This document shows, piece by piece, positions 1 to 13,236 of a stretch of 64,000 bases of DNA. The position numbers and the translations under genes were made by a program. Below the pieces are notes generated by a model. That model saw only the letters and a program-made list of their open reading frames with translations, searched no databases and was not told the origin of the DNA. The stretch's first letter is position 1. Each line of letters opens with the position of its first letter. The stretch covers positions 62,001-126,000 of the forward strand of contig NIVC01001899.1 in assembly GCA_002269645.1 (NCBI GenBank). The letters run 5' to 3'. This DNA comes from Macrostomum lignano (Eukaryota).

Positions 1-535
1 ACTAGATTGACTTGATCTACAGATCCGTCCCTCTCCCTGTCCTATCAGTTTGTAGGCCCTGGAGAGAGAGGGATTAATAACCTCCACCGGCATTATCTGC
101 AGAGACTCTCGCAGACACCCGGCAGCTGGTCGCGCACTCTAATGAGCGCCCGGGAAGTGATGAAGGGTCGAGGCAGAGGAAAAGGGTTGGCGGGCGATGA
201 GTGGCCCATGAAGATGATGTCGTTGACGCGCTCTCGAGACGGCCAGAGTCGTGCGAGACGGATGTTAATCTTGGCATGGCGTACGGCTGATCAGAGGGCG
301 GAGAATCCCTGATTGAATTTTTTTATCTCAGCTCCTGTTTCACCTGCCGAGCAATTTGGAGGGAGGGGTCGAATGTCGGCATTTAATTGAAACTAGCTGG
401 AAAACATTGCTATGAGTATCGAATTCAGATTTGGGCACTTAAATTGCTTGTTTTTAATCTGGTTTTTAATCTGAACTTGAAGCGATATATTTGAGCTACT
501 TTGGAATCGAGTTGAGTTGATTAAATGAGCCGAGG

Positions 536-945
536 CTTAAACTCGTCAGGGATTAAACTCGTTAGGAATTGAACTCGTCAGGAATTGAACTCGTCACGGA
601 TTAAACTCGTCAGGAATTGAACTCGCCAGGGATTAAACTCGTCAGGACTTAAACTCGTCAGGGCTTAAACTCGTCAGGGCTTAAACTCGTCAGGGCTTAA
701 ACTCGTCAGGGCTTAAACTCGTCAGGAATTAAACTCGTCAGGGCTTAAACTCGTCAGGGCTTAAACTCGTCAGGGCTTAAACTCGTCAGGAATTAAACTC
801 GTCAGGGCTTAAACTCGTCAGGGCTTAAACTCGTCAAGGCTTAAACTTGTCAGGGCTTAAACTCGTCAGGGCTTAAATTCGTCAGGGCTTAAACTCGTCA
901 GGGCTTAAACTCGTCAGAGCTTAAACTCGTCCCGTTGGTTAAACT
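536..945. repeat. 16-bp minisatellite (cagggcttaaactcgt)n
   Basis: About 25 tandem units visible directly; ends ~120 bp upstream of the GPCR ATG. Confidence 0.95.
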
Positions 946-1062
946 CGTCAGTCCTGAAACTTGTGATGATCGACAGCTTGGCGAGTGTCCAGACACCCGC
1001 TGGCTGAATTACAAGCAACTCATCCAACCCCCTTTCCAATCCAGACTCCCCAGCTTTGAAGG

Positions 1063-2466
1063 ATGTCGACAGTTGACCCGCTACAACTCGACGCAACAGA
1101 AGACGGCACGGCGGCCCCGTCGTCGGCTCAGTCGGGCGTGTCGGAGCTCCAGATCAATGTCGCCTTCACCGTGATGGCGGCCATCATCGCGGTCGGCTCC
1201 GTGGGCAACAGCGTCGTGCTGTACGTGTATTCAAAGAAGCGCGACCGACAGACCGCCAACATATTCATCTTGTCGCTGGCCATCACGGACACAGTGGCCT
1301 GCGTCCTGGTCATCCCCATGACCATCGGCATGGAGGCGGTCAAGTTTCGCACGAACTTCTTCTTGTGCAAGCTCTACTATTTGCTGAACGCTAGCGAGTT
1401 CCCGTTCAGCTGCCTGCTGATGACGGCCATCGCTGTTGATCGGTACTTCTGCATCTGCCGGCCGTTTCTTCGGGCCATTACCATCCCCAGGGCCAGGGCG
1501 ATTGTCCTGGCTCTGGGCAGCCTGGCGGTCACCCTGGGCGTCACCACCTCCGCATTCTGCAGCGGAGTGGTGGACCAGTTCGGCCCCAACCGGACCTGGC
1601 AGTACGCCGAGTACGGCTTCTGCAAGGAGATCAACGATATGAAGAGTTTGAACTCCTCATCTGAGCTCAACATTTCGGACGCCAGCCTGGCCTTCTTCCA
1701 CGTGTTCCAGAAGGTGCACGTGTCGCTATTCTGCGTGTGCATCGCGGTGGTGTTCGTGCTGTACATCAGCATCTACCGCTCGGTGCTGGCCATGCGGCGG
1801 AAGCGGCGCGAGCTGAAGGGCCACCGACAGCCGAGCAGGCAGAAGAAACCGGACGAGGCGAACGAGCTGCAGGACAGGCGACTGCTGAACGCGTCGATTT
1901 CCAGCCAGCCGGCCGCCGGTGGCCAGCGCGGCAGGCGGACGGCTCGGTTCGCCGAGCCGGGCGAAGACCCGGAGGTTCCCAACGGAGGAGACGAAAAAAC
2001 GGACGAAGCTTTGCCGGACGCGGCGGCGCCAGCCAACGCCGTCATCGATGCCACGTCGGCCACGGAGCTGCTGAGGAGGCGGCGCAAGTCGCTGCGGCTC
2101 ACTAAGGACAGCGACACTCTGCAGAACCTGAAGACTGCGGCCATGCTGTTCGTGGTCACCATCGTGTTTGTGTGCACCTTCCTGCCCGCCGCGCTGATGT
2201 CGCAGGGCCTCGTAGACTTCCACATCGTGGTGTTCTACCTGTACTACCTGACCCACGCCACGAACCCGCTGATCTACTGCTTCATGAATCAGAACTTTCG
2301 CGACGATCTAAACCGAATCTTTTGTCACGGCGGACGGCGTCAGGGGCACCGAGGCGCGACCACCGGCGGCGGCGTCAGCGGCGTCAGCGGCGTCGGCGAA
2401 ATGACGGGCGGCTGCGGAAGTCAGCGACGGCCAACAGCTGCAGCCGCCTCCGCCACTGGCTTGTAG
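1063..2466 (+). CDS. Intronless class A (rhodopsin-like) GPCR, neuropeptide-receptor-like, 467 aa
   Basis: Seven hydrophobic segments. Motifs: GN in TM1 (GSVGNSVV), LAITD in TM2, C at the top of TM3, AVDRY, FLP in TM6, NPLIY in TM7. Long basic ICL3. Confidence 0.93.
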   Translation: MSTVDPLQLDATEDGTAAPSSAQSGVSELQINVAFTVMAAIIAVGSVGNSVVLYVYSKKRDRQTANIFILSLAITDTVACVLVIPMTIGMEAVKFRTNFFLCKLYYLLNASEFPFSCLLMTAIAVDRYFCICRPFLRAITIPRARAIVLALGSLAVTLGVTTSAFCSGVVDQFGPNRTWQYAEYGFCKEINDMKSLNSSSELNISDASLAFFHVFQKVHVSLFCVCIAVVFVLYISIYRSVLAMRRKRRELKGHRQPSRQKKPDEANELQDRRLLNASISSQPAAGGQRGRRTARFAEPGEDPEVPNGGDEKTDEALPDAAAPANAVIDATSATELLRRRRKSLRLTKDSDTLQNLKTAAMLFVVTIVFVCTFLPAALMSQGLVDFHIVVFYLYYLTHATNPLIYCFMNQNFRDDLNRIFCHGGRRQGHRGATTGGGVSGVSGVGEMTGGCGSQRRPTAAAASATGL

Positions 2467-3107
2467 CGCACTGATTGGCTGAGAGCGATTGGCCAATCAG
2501 AGAGCGGACGGCGCTTGACCGACTGATTTTTATAGATAAAAAACTTGCCCGTATCCAAGGTAACCCTCTATTGATTAAGCTTTATTCTGTTAGCTTCATC
2601 AACAGGAAGCAGAATCGTCTGAGGTTCCTCGTGAGATAATTTGAGGTAAATAAACCCATTTCCGAGTTCTACTGTCAAAGAGAGACGATTAATAAGAAAA
2701 TGTTCAGCATAACCCCGTCTATTTTGTCTGTCAAGTCCTCATTGCAGCACTGGATTTGATCCTTAAATCTTGAATAATTGAACGCAATCGGGGCTGTTCA
2801 AAGCAGATTGTATTGTTATAAACTTGCATTAGTGTTCTTAATGTAAAGTATTACATTTATATTTGTCCATATTGCACATTTGTAAATGCTGAAGGTGTTT
2901 GGTTCAAGAAAAAAAACAGAAAAACACTTAAGCAAATATAAATTTGTATTAAATCGGCACACAATGTCAGAAATGAAGTTCCTAAACGGTAATAAAGGGC
3001 ATTATGTGCCTGAAACTCTTTGCCAGCTAAAATTGAAATTTTGAAATTTTATTACTTAACAAGAGATAATGACGGCTCTTCTTTTCCGTTTAGGTTCCTA
3101 AGGAAGT

Positions 3108-3400
3108 GGGTTGTAGCCTAGGGTTTAGGTTGGACTCGCGACTTGAAGGTCGGGGGTTCGATTCCCGATCCCACTCCCAAAAATTTGAGCAAGACAATTA
3201 ACTCTGCATTGCTTCAGTTCTCCCAGCTGTAAAATGAGTGCCAGCATTAGCTGGAGTAATTGAGGCTGTGTGGTGACCCCCCAGTCCTTGGACTGAACAG
3301 CCGTACGCAGCCTTCAGATGCGCCGCGCAATAGAGCTGTCGGTTGCACACCTGGCCCATTAGGGCAGACTACATGTATTAGTCTATATAGATCAAATTCC
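3108..3400 (+). mobile_element. tRNA-derived SINE with CORE-like central domain
   Basis: A-box-like TAGCCTAGGGTTTAGG (~3114-3129) and B-box GGTTCGATTCC (3155-3165). These are followed by TTGAGCAAGACAATTAACTCTGCATTGCTTCAGTTCTCCCAGCTGTAAAATGAG, which resembles the MIR/CORE consensus as I recall it. The 3' end is approximate. Confidence 0.65.
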
Positions 3401-4094
3401 CCGAATTCTCAGATTGGTTGTTCTATATACCCCCTTTAGGCCATAGACTATGAAAAGCGTTAACTATACATCGCCGAATCAGAGCACATTAGCGAAGCCG
3501 ATGTTAGCCATAGACTTTCACGAGATACCCACCCACGAACTGGACCGCGCCATTGTGTCTAGAAATTTCGGTTCCGATAACAGATTGAAAAGCAATTCGA
3601 GCTTTACTCGATACCTGATCTATCTCATATCTGATGTGATTCGAACCAAGGCAAGGAAGGGATTAATCTCAGGCAAATGCATCGAGGTCAGATTGCAAAA
3701 TGCATTTGATTTTTAAGAGAAACTATAACCTCAGCTAGAAGATGGTGCTCTCAGATTCAGAAAGTCTAACAACTACCATAGCCGTCCACTTAGAGTAAAA
3801 AATCAGATCAGAATCAGAATCCAATCAGATTTGCACGCGTTTTGATGGCTCATTGCTTTAATCCTAGACGATGAGATGCAGCCTCGAATTTCAAATGGAA
3901 AGGCGGGGTTCGAAATCAGGGCCACAGAGTGGCGCAAATGGCAAATTAGCGGCAAAGGATAATCACGAGACTACTCAATAGCGTTTGAGTACACAATTTG
4001 GCACAAAATTTACTTAATCAGGCAAAGGTGCTCTCATGGTCAGCCAGGGAGCATTCAGACCGGTCATTAGGGAGTGTTCAGGCTGTAAGAGAGT

Positions 4095-4345
4095 GCTCAG
4101 ATTGTAAGGGAGTGCTCAGGCTTATCATTAGAGATCGTGCTCAGACTGGTGATTAGAGAGTACTCAGACTGATGATTAGAGAGTTCTCAGACTGGTGATT
4201 AGAGAGTGCTCAGACTGGTGATTAGAGAGTGCTCATACTGGTGATTAGAGAGTGCTCAGACTGGTAATTAGAGAGTGCTCAGACTGGTAATTAGAGAGTG
4301 CTCAGACTGGTAATTGGAGAGTGCTCCGACTGGTCATTAGAGTGA
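4095..4345. repeat. 23-bp minisatellite (agagagtgctcagactggtgatt)n
   Basis: Tandem units visible. Confidence 0.9.
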
Positions 4346-5157
4346 CCAGTCAATCAGATGGAGTGCCCAGGCGATCATTAGACTCCTCAGGCCGTCCGTG
4401 AGAGCTGAAGAGGCCCAAAGCTAATCAGTTTCGGGCCCTTCATCACTCAGAATCAGGTGCAAATACAAGTAGCCAAAATTGAAAGGAACTATAAAGTACA
4501 GCTTCCATCTAGTCCCATAAGTAGGGCCCAAATTTCGAATAATAGACTCGCGAAGAAGCTCAGCTCGCATGCAAGTAGCTGGCGGGGACAGGGCGACACG
4601 AGGATTTTCCAATTTCCGGTTCGAGAAGAGAAACCCAACTCCAGAACTAGGCCAGTCTGGACACACACACCCGCTTTCTCTGCCCTTCCCCTTCCTCCAT
4701 AGTGTTTTTAGTCGAGCGCCCGCAGCTTCCAGACTGAGGGGCGGCTGCACCGCCAGTAGTGCGCATATAACAGGCGGAGAAAGGGATTCGAGGTGATCAC
4801 AGCTGTCTGCAAAGCCGCCCAGTTCCCAGTTCCCAGGCCCCGGCTTAGCGCAGAGGCAACAACACATCTCCGCTAATGTCTCCGGCCACCGTGGGCGCGC
4901 AGAGACAGGCGAAAACAGGCGCACGGGGATTTGATAATCGTAAATGCGAGAAGGGCTCATATAGCTAGACATGTATAGCCTATCTGCGAGTGCAAGCGAG
5001 CGAACAGGGGATGATATGCAGACTAACGATATGCAATGCAATCCCAAATGAAGGCAGTGACGCTAAGGTTCAAACCCAGATCGGCTGGGTCTCTTTTTAG
5101 AATCGACTATGATACACACCAGTCGCATAACTGTATTGATACTTCTTTTAAGAGAGG

Positions 5158-5690
5158 TTAGCACTCCAGATCGATAATTAGCACTCCAGATCGATAATTA
5201 GCACTTCAGATCGATAATTAGCACTTCAGATAGTTAATTAGCACTTCAGATAGATAATTAGCACTTCAGATCGATAATTAGCACTTCAGATAGATAATTA
5301 GCACTTCAGATAGATAATTAGCACTGTAGATAGATAATTAGCACTCCAGATCGATAATTAGCACTCAAGATCGATAATTAGCACTCAAGATCGATAATTA
5401 GCACTCAAGATCGATAATTAGCACTCCAAATCGATAGTTAGCACTCCACCTCGATAATTAGCACTTCAGATAGATAATTAGCACTGTAGATAGATAATTA
5501 GCACTCCAAATCGATAGTTAGCACTCCAGATCGATAATTAGCACTCTATATCGATAATTACCACGTCACATCGATAATTAGCACTGTAGATAGATAATTA
5601 GCACTCCAAATCGATAATTAGCACTCAATATCGATAATTAGCACTCCAAATCGATAGTTAGCACTCCACCTCGATAATTAGCAATCCATA
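5158..5690. repeat. 20-bp minisatellite (gcactccagatcgataatta)n
   Basis: About 26 tandem units visible. Confidence 0.95.
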
Positions 5691-6164
5691 ATACAGAAAT
5701 TTAGCACTCCAGTAGGTTAGCACCCTAGACTTGAATTCAGCACCTCAGTGTCAACGCTAGAGCATCAGTAAGTTAGCACTCCAGTCCTAAAGCTAGCACT
5801 CGTCTTTAAATCAGCTCTCCCTCCTAGGCTTTAGTTGGCTCTCCAGAAGCACACAGGCAACGATTCCAAATCAACAAAGATAAATGCCAGCAAAATTGCG
5901 ATAAAATAATCTGAAAATCAATAAACTGCTCATGAATGTTGCGAATTTTAAAGCTTCGTTAATGCCCTCTCCCGTCAATCTTAGGTAGGAATCGAAAACC
6001 TTTTTATGTAGAAATTATACTTCCGTTGGAAACTTTTCACCCTGGTCCACCCCATCGAGATAAACAACTCGTAAAAAGGCGATAACTATTTTCGGTAGTG
6101 ATTCTTTGGGAGTTGATTTCTTAATTTGCATCGCTAGGTACGCGTTTGTGGATCCTAACTATCC

Positions 6165-6510
6165 AAACCAAATTAAACTGCAATACATATCGGTAGATCT
6201 CTAAACTATTCAAACCAAATTAAACTGCAATACATATCGGTAGATTTCTAAACTATTCAAACCAAATTAAACTGCAATACATATCGGTAGATTTCTAAAC
6301 TATTCAAACCAAATTAAACTACAATACATATCGGTAGATCTCTAAACTATCTTAACCGAATTAAACTAAAACGCATATCGGTTTAAACTATCCAAAAATT
6401 AAACTACAATACATCTCGGTTTAAACTATCCAAAAAATAAACTACAATACATCTCGGTAGATCTCTAAACTATCCAAACCAAATTAAACTAAAACACATA
6501 TCGGTAGATA
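6165..6510. repeat. ~47-bp minisatellite (ctaaactattcaaaccaaattaaactgcaatacatatcggtagat..)n
   Basis: Period 47 (6201 vs 6248); degenerates toward the 3' end. Confidence 0.85.
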
Positions 6511-7059
6511 CAAAAGCTATTTAAGTTACAAAAGAAACGACATACAAACGCAGGAAGTCGGAGGCCACATCAACAGACCATATATAGTAATGAAACATAA
6601 TAATCCTCAGTTTAACATTGAGGAATTTGAAGCCGTTCGCTGGCTGTGTATTAAATAATATGCCACAAAGTATTGGTGGTTATCAAAGCGATTTTGTTAA
6701 ACACAAAAGAAAATTCGCTTTAAACTTAAAAAACGAGTTTATAATTCTCTTAAATTTCTGGAGTAAACAAGGTTGCTAATGCCGAAGCTACTTGCAAAAG
6801 TTGTCGGCCCATTGAAGGCCCTATTAGAGTTCAGAAGATAGCAGAGTCTTTGAAGCCACCGAGAAAGGTGCTCGCTGGATAACTATAGCAAGATGAAGCA
6901 GTCAGTAGGCTGGCGGATAAAAATAAAATCCATCGACAAGTAAAACAAATTTTCCTCTGATCAACAACGAGCAAAATTATGGCGGATAAAAAATTTGTAT
7001 TTAGAATTGATTCACTTTTGCAGAATGATAGCCGCAGCCAAGTCGCTTAGAGCAACAAT

Positions 7060-7350
7060 GGATTCCTCTGACCAACAATGGATTCCCCATAGCAACGGGA
7101 ATTCCTCTGAGAACAATGGAATCCTTAAAGCAACAGGATTTTACTTGACCAACAATGGATTCTAAATTGCAACGGGGATTCCCCTGACCAACAATGGATT
7201 CCCCATAGCAACGGGAATTCCCCTGACCCACAATGGATACCCCATAGCAATGGGAATTCCCCTGACCCACAATGGATACCCCATAGCAACGGGAATTCCC
7301 CTGATCAACAATGAATTTCTTATAGCAACGGCATTCTCCTTGACCAACAA
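7060..7350. repeat. 39-bp minisatellite (caacaatggattccccatagcaacgggaattcccctgac)n
   Basis: Tandem units visible; explains ORFs 7001..7270 and 7162..7350. Confidence 0.85.
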
Positions 7351-7814
7351 TGGAAATCCACGAAAATTCTAGTCCTAGCTCCTACACGCTTTGGATGCGG
7401 CTACAGAAACCATAATTGAAAGCAATGGACAATATATTTCACTCAGCAATCTACTAATAGTAGTGCGACGCAAAAATAACGAAAAAACCTCAAACACCGA
7501 GTGCGAATCCGGAGCAGAAAAATCTGTTTAAAAAAAACAACACGAGAAAAGCCAAGCAAAAAAGTTAAACTTGAGAAGAAAATTTAAGAAGCAGTGCTTT
7601 GCATGGGATCTATATCCCACACAGTCCCTATATTATTAAGCGCATCGAATGGCTTATGAGAATATTCTATCCCGCTAATAACAGAATATTTTTTGATAAT
7701 TATGTTGATATAGAATCTGCATTGACGCGGATGAATAGTGGCTGAGGGGGTGCAGGGTTGTCGTATATTAAATATTCCGATTACAAAAACAGCCCATTGT
7801 TTATAAGATCTGCC

Positions 7815-8233
7815 CACGGATACTAGAACAACTAGATAGGCCACTCAGCACATTTGCGTGCGAGCTACTTTCAGTTCAGTAGTAAGGTAAACAGAAACAT
7901 TCTAATGTATTTTTAAAGACAAAGCTTATTTATTGGCTCTAACCCTTCCTAAGCTATTAAACCCTCAAACTCCTCATAGAACCTCTAACCCCGGCCCGCG
8001 ACCTAATTTTATTACCTTCTTTGATTGTTCCGGCCTAAATCTGCCTTGTACATTTCAGTGGCTAATGTACATTTTGGCTGAACTAATTAGCAAGCTGTTT
8101 ACGTCTGCAAGCTTGGGCTTCTAAACTTATCAAAGTCATGTCAGCTGCCTTTATTCTTATAAAATAGCTTCTGTATTCTTCTTTGCTAAGTATATATGCC
8201 TGAGTGGCCCATCTAGTTATTATAGTATCTGTG
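7815..8233. mobile_element. MITE with ~34-bp imperfect TIRs and 9-bp TSD (Mutator-like), copy 1
   Basis: Left end cacggatactagaacaactagataggccactcag matches the reverse complement of the right end (cacagatactataataactagatgggccactcag). Flanked by agatctgcc at 7806-7814 and 8234-8242. A homologous copy lies at 38116-38580. Confidence 0.85.
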
Positions 8234-8970
8234 AGATCTGCCTTAGAAAAAGGGCAATATAGCAATTCCTGACACAGATTAAAGACAAGCCGGCAACACT
8301 TTATCCAACGGTCGGAATTAAAAAATCTGCAACATTTATGCTTATATTTTCATCGCACAATAACAAACCAATATGTTCTGCATAATATAAAATTCAACTC
8401 ATAAGGGGGGGGTCAGGGGTCAATTGAGGTCAAAGAGAAAATGCGCGACATTAATATTAAATAATATTAGTAGTGTTGATTATTTTTTAAAGAGAGAGGC
8501 GACAATAATATGAATAATGTTAAGGATGTACAGACAGAATGATTACGTAACATCATTATTATGAGTAGTATTATTAGTAAAAAATTTTTTTAACGAATCG
8601 ATCCATCAATCAAAGCGGTTTCATTTATATAATGAAATACGATAATGACGGAGTTCTCTTGCGTATGACATTGATAATAACTAAAATTATAATATAGATT
8701 TTTAGCGTCATTTTAATTGAAGTCGAATAATAATAATAATAATAATAATAAGTGACAAAAAGCGCGCGATATTTGCCCAGCTCAGCAAAAAAAGCTTTAA
8801 AAAAGATATACTTATCCGGCCCTCTATAATTGTTTTTATAGGAAAAAATAGTTTTCGTTTTGCTGAGCCATCAGGCATTACTAATATAATAAAATAATAA
8901 TTAATATTAACAGAGAGTGCTCAGTGCTGTTGCCAGTAAAAAAAAAACTCATCACTCCTCAAGGCGCCGC

Positions 8971-10131
8971 TCAGAAGTCCTCATCGACAATGGAGTGATC
9001 CATCCACTTGCGCACCAGGCTCTTGCCCATGCAGCTCACAATGTGCTTGTACACGAATGTCGGCATCACCGTGACCGTCACAGTGCGCTCCGACTTCTTC
9101 ATCAGTTCGGCGATCTGGTCGTCCTTCATGCCGACAACGTTCTGCCCGTTGACTTCGACAATGTGATGATCAGTCAGGAGGCCGTTGCGGGCGGCGGAGC
9201 TGTCGGCCACCAGAGCCGTGATGGCGGCGTCCTTGATGACGAAGCCGACGTGGCCAACGGAGTCCTTGTGCACCGTGACGGTGCGCTCGAATGGCCGGTC
9301 GCGCACCATCAGCTGGATGCCGTTCACCGGGCAGCCTTTGAAGGCCTTGGCGGCGCGGTCGGCGCTCCAGCCGGCGACGGCTTCGCCGTTGACCTCGACA
9401 ATCTGATCGCCGAAGCGGAGTCCGGCTAGAGCGGCCGGGCTGCCGCGGTACACCATGGCCACGAACAGGCCCTGGCTGATGGCCTTGACACGGACGCCGA
9501 GCTTGCCGTCGGCGCCTTTGCACAGCGTCACCGGGCGGAGGCCCTGGCGAATCTCGGCGCGGCGAAGGCCGACGCTCTGCTGAGTGACCGGCGCGATCTG
9601 AGCGTGGCCGGAGCCGGCGTGGCGGACCTACAGAGTTATTGGGGTGCGCTTTGGGTGAAGCTGTGGTATGGGTGATGAAATATAGCCGTATGCCTAACAG
9701 ATATAACCTAGGAATCTCACAGATTGAACTGGGAATCTCACAGATCTAGCTGGGAATCTCCCAGATTGAACTGGGAATCTCGCAGGTCTAACTTGGAATC
9801 TCACAGATCTAACTGGGAATCTCGCAGATCTAATTGGGAATCTCGCAGGTCTAACTGGGAATCTCGCAGATCTAACTGCCAATCCTACAGATCTAACGTA
9901 TTTACAGTTATAATAAAGCAAGGCAAAAAGCAAGCATCTGACCTCCAGACTGCCGTGAGCGGCGGCCCACTGCGACACGTCCAGACCCATGTACTGGCTC
10001 AGGCTGGGATACAGGGCCACCTGGCCGGTGCTAGCGGCAGCAGTAACCGCCTGCTGCTGGTGAGCCTGCTGGGCCTGGGCCCTGGCCATCGAGTCCACTT
10101 TGTAGTCCTCCAGAGACGGGTACAGAGACAT
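8971..10131 (-). CDS. SDCBP: Syntenin (syndecan-binding protein, tandem PDZ), 281 aa, 2 exons
   Basis: Exons 10131-9943 and 9627-8971, phase-0 GT-AG intron. N-terminus MSLYPSLEDYKVD with a second LYPSL motif. Two PDZ domains (GKLGVRV.., GHVGFVIK..). C-terminal MDHS. Confidence 0.95.
9715..9900. repeat. 21-bp intronic minisatellite (gggaatctcgcagatctaact)n in the syntenin intron
   Basis: Tandem units visible. Confidence 0.9.
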
Positions 10132-10845
10132 GGCTAATAGTTGTTGATCTGGTTAGCTGGTTCGATTCTTTAATATCAGATCCGAAGTTAAAATAAGTGA
10201 CGCTCCGCTTGCTGCAATAACAAGAGTAGAAAACTAATGACTGAATTTATATGCACAGCTTGGTAAAGCTTCTGCTTTATCTAGATAAGCAGAAATGCAC
10301 TGCATTTCGGTTTTGCAGTCTATTTTTATACCTCAGCGTCACTTGGCCATATGCATAATTGGTCGCTACTGACGGACTGACTCATTCTCTCTCCCCCCTC
10401 TCTCTTGTCATTTCTCCTTCCATTCCACTCCAAGCAAAGAGCGTCAGCGGGCTGGGGGTACACTGGGGGACAGGGGGCAGTGGACGGGTCGGACTGTGCA
10501 ACGAGTACGTTCTAGCAACGTTAGTTTTCTTCGCCTTCTTAGCTTAGTATAAGAGTAGATATGCAATATATACTACTGAGCTAATGACGAATCAGCCAAC
10601 GCCCTGACCTTCTAAGAAAAGCACATTCAGTAACATGTCAAAAGTTTTTACTCCGGAACCAGTGATCGACCGCAAATGACATAATTTACACTACAACCCG
10701 CGGTTCTCGTCCAAAGTGTGGGGGGTGTTGCAATTTGTGTCCACAAGGCCCTAGCCTAGGCTGGTGAGGAGAGAGTGGAGAGTTATAGCTGGGTTGGATT
10801 AAGCTGCTAAGTTATAAAAGAACTCAAAATCTCACCCTACTGATT

Positions 10846-11410
10846 TGACAAGGATTCAAAATCTCACCCTACTGATTTGACAAGGACTCAAAATCTCACC
10901 CTACTGATTTGACAAGAACTCAAAATCTCACCCTACTGATTTGACAAGAATTCAAAATCTCACCCTACTGATATGACAAGATATCAAAATCTCACCCTAC
11001 TGATTTGACAAGAACTCAAAATCTCACCCTACTGATTTTACAAGAATTCAAAATCTCACCCTACTGATATGACAAGATATCAAAATCTCACCCTACTGAT
11101 TTAAAAAGAACTCAACATCTCACCCTACTGATTTTACAAGAACTCAAAATCTCACCCTACTGATTTGACAAGAACTCAAAATCTCACCCTACTGATTTTA
11201 CAAGAATTCAAAATCTCACCCTACTGATATGACAAGATATCAAAATCTCACCCTACTGATTTAAAAAGAACTCAACATCTCACCCTACTGATTTTACAAG
11301 AACTCAAAATCTCACCCTACTGATTTTACAAGAACTCAAAATCTCACCCTACTGATTTGAAAAGAACTCAACATCTCACCCTACTGATTTGACAAGAATT
11401 CAAAATCTCA
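10846..11410. repeat. 32-bp minisatellite (caaaatctcaccctactgatttgacaagaact)n
   Basis: About 17 tandem units. Confidence 0.95.
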
Positions 11411-12539
11411 TTTAACTGAATTAGCGGGATTCGAATCTGTTACAGTTAAAAAAACAAACAAAATAGTTAGAGACAAGAATGCAAGTAGCTAATAAAGAAA
11501 TTTATAATAGCTCCTTTATTCCAAGAATATTGAATCTAAGCCATAAATCCGACTGTGCCGGCGTGTAAAAAAGTGTCAATAATAGATATAAAAATATCAC
11601 AGAGAGAAAAATTAGAAATTACAACTCATTTATATTAGTATACTAACTACAAAAGCTATATTTGGAAATAAGGAATGACAAACTGCTCAAGCGAGAAGCT
11701 AAACAATTTTGAGCAGTGGAAAGTTTTAAGAAATATAGTCTATATCTATCTAACATGCTGATAACCAGTGCCACCCGATGAACACGGTACCCAGGCCAAG
11801 AAGTGTTCCAAAGTCGTTTGCGAGTTGTAACACAGTTAAAACAGGAAAGAAGCGACTCTAGAAGAATCTAAAACGACAAGATGTCACGGCAAAAATTCGT
11901 CACAGGAATCGCCTAAGAGTCCATTTGAGACGGTTTCATTGTCACATTCGATTCTGCAACTCACGTGACGCGCTTGTGACGCAACAGTCGCCTCTTTCAG
12001 TAGCATTAGACACGTTTGAGTCGTTAAAAAGTCACAAGAGTCCCTTAGTGAGTCGTTCTCGTTCTCATTCTTGTCACGGTATCGTTTTTAACGGTTACAG
12101 CATCCGGTTAAACGCATACACTAGGGAAAACCGAGTCTGCATCTTAGAATAAAAACAAACCCTACTCACAAGTCTCAAAGGACAGAATCAGTTTTGAAGC
12201 TCCAAATTAAAATAAAATTTATCGTGTACTTTAAGCGCAGCCTCTCTGCAGGCTACATCCTACTTACTCAATTAACTATTAATAAAACTATAATAAGGCA
12301 AGGCTCCTGCAGCTGGCAACTTGAAAACACACAACACTGATTGATTGGTTAAACAGATAGACCTGAACTTCAAGAAAAAAAGATAAAAAACTTTTTGACG
12401 TAAAAAAAGTCACAGCCTTGAAAATTGCTCGTAATAATAACCACTGACAGACACACCGACTGACTGAATGCGAGATCAAAATTTTAGTAGATTAAATACC
12501 CGCAGACATGTAGCTTGAAGTGTAAATACCTAATTAGAT

Positions 12540-13110
12540 AAAATACCCAGACATACCCAGGTATAAATACCCACAGACACACCAACTAGGTATAAATACC
12601 CACAGACACACCATCTAGGTATAAATACCAACAGACACACCAACTAGGTATAAATACCCACAGACACACCATCTAGGTATAAATACCCACAGACACACCA
12701 ACTAGGTATAAATACCCACAGACACACCAACTAGGTATAAATACCCACCGACACTATCTAGGTATAAAACCAGACACCATCTAGGTATAAATACCCACAG
12801 AAATACGAACTAGGTATAAATACCCACAGACACAACAATTAGGTATAAATACCCACAGACACACCAACTAGGTATAAATACCCACAGACACACCATCTAA
12901 GTATAAATACCCACTGATACACCATCTAGGTATAAATACCCACGGATACACCATCTAGGTATAAATACCCACGGATACACCATCTAGGTATAAATACCCA
13001 CAGACACACCAACTAGGTATAAATACCCACAGACACACCATCTAGGTATAAATACCACAGACACACCAACTAGGTATAAATATCCACAGCACAACAATTA
13101 GGTATAAACC
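12540..13110. repeat. 29-bp minisatellite (ctaggtataaatacccacagacacaccaa)n
   Basis: About 19 tandem units, immediately downstream of the NWD-like stop codon. Confidence 0.95.
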
Positions 13111-13236
13111 CCCAGAAATACCCCAGGTGGAAAAGCCAGAAAGTGACCTAATAGTCTGAGAAACCCCCTCCCCCAGATACTAAGCTCGTACAACCAAGTC
13201 AATTCAACATTTGAGCATGAAAAGCACTCATGAAGC

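Noticed and set aside
4421-5047. 208-aa minus-strand ORF in a GC-richer patch
   Set aside because: No recognisable motif, a non-ATG or weak start, and no supporting exon chain; may be regulatory or UTR sequence.
11760-12130. Cluster of gtcac/gtgac motifs starting near cagtgcc, a possible MITE
   Set aside because: No matching TIR or TSD found.
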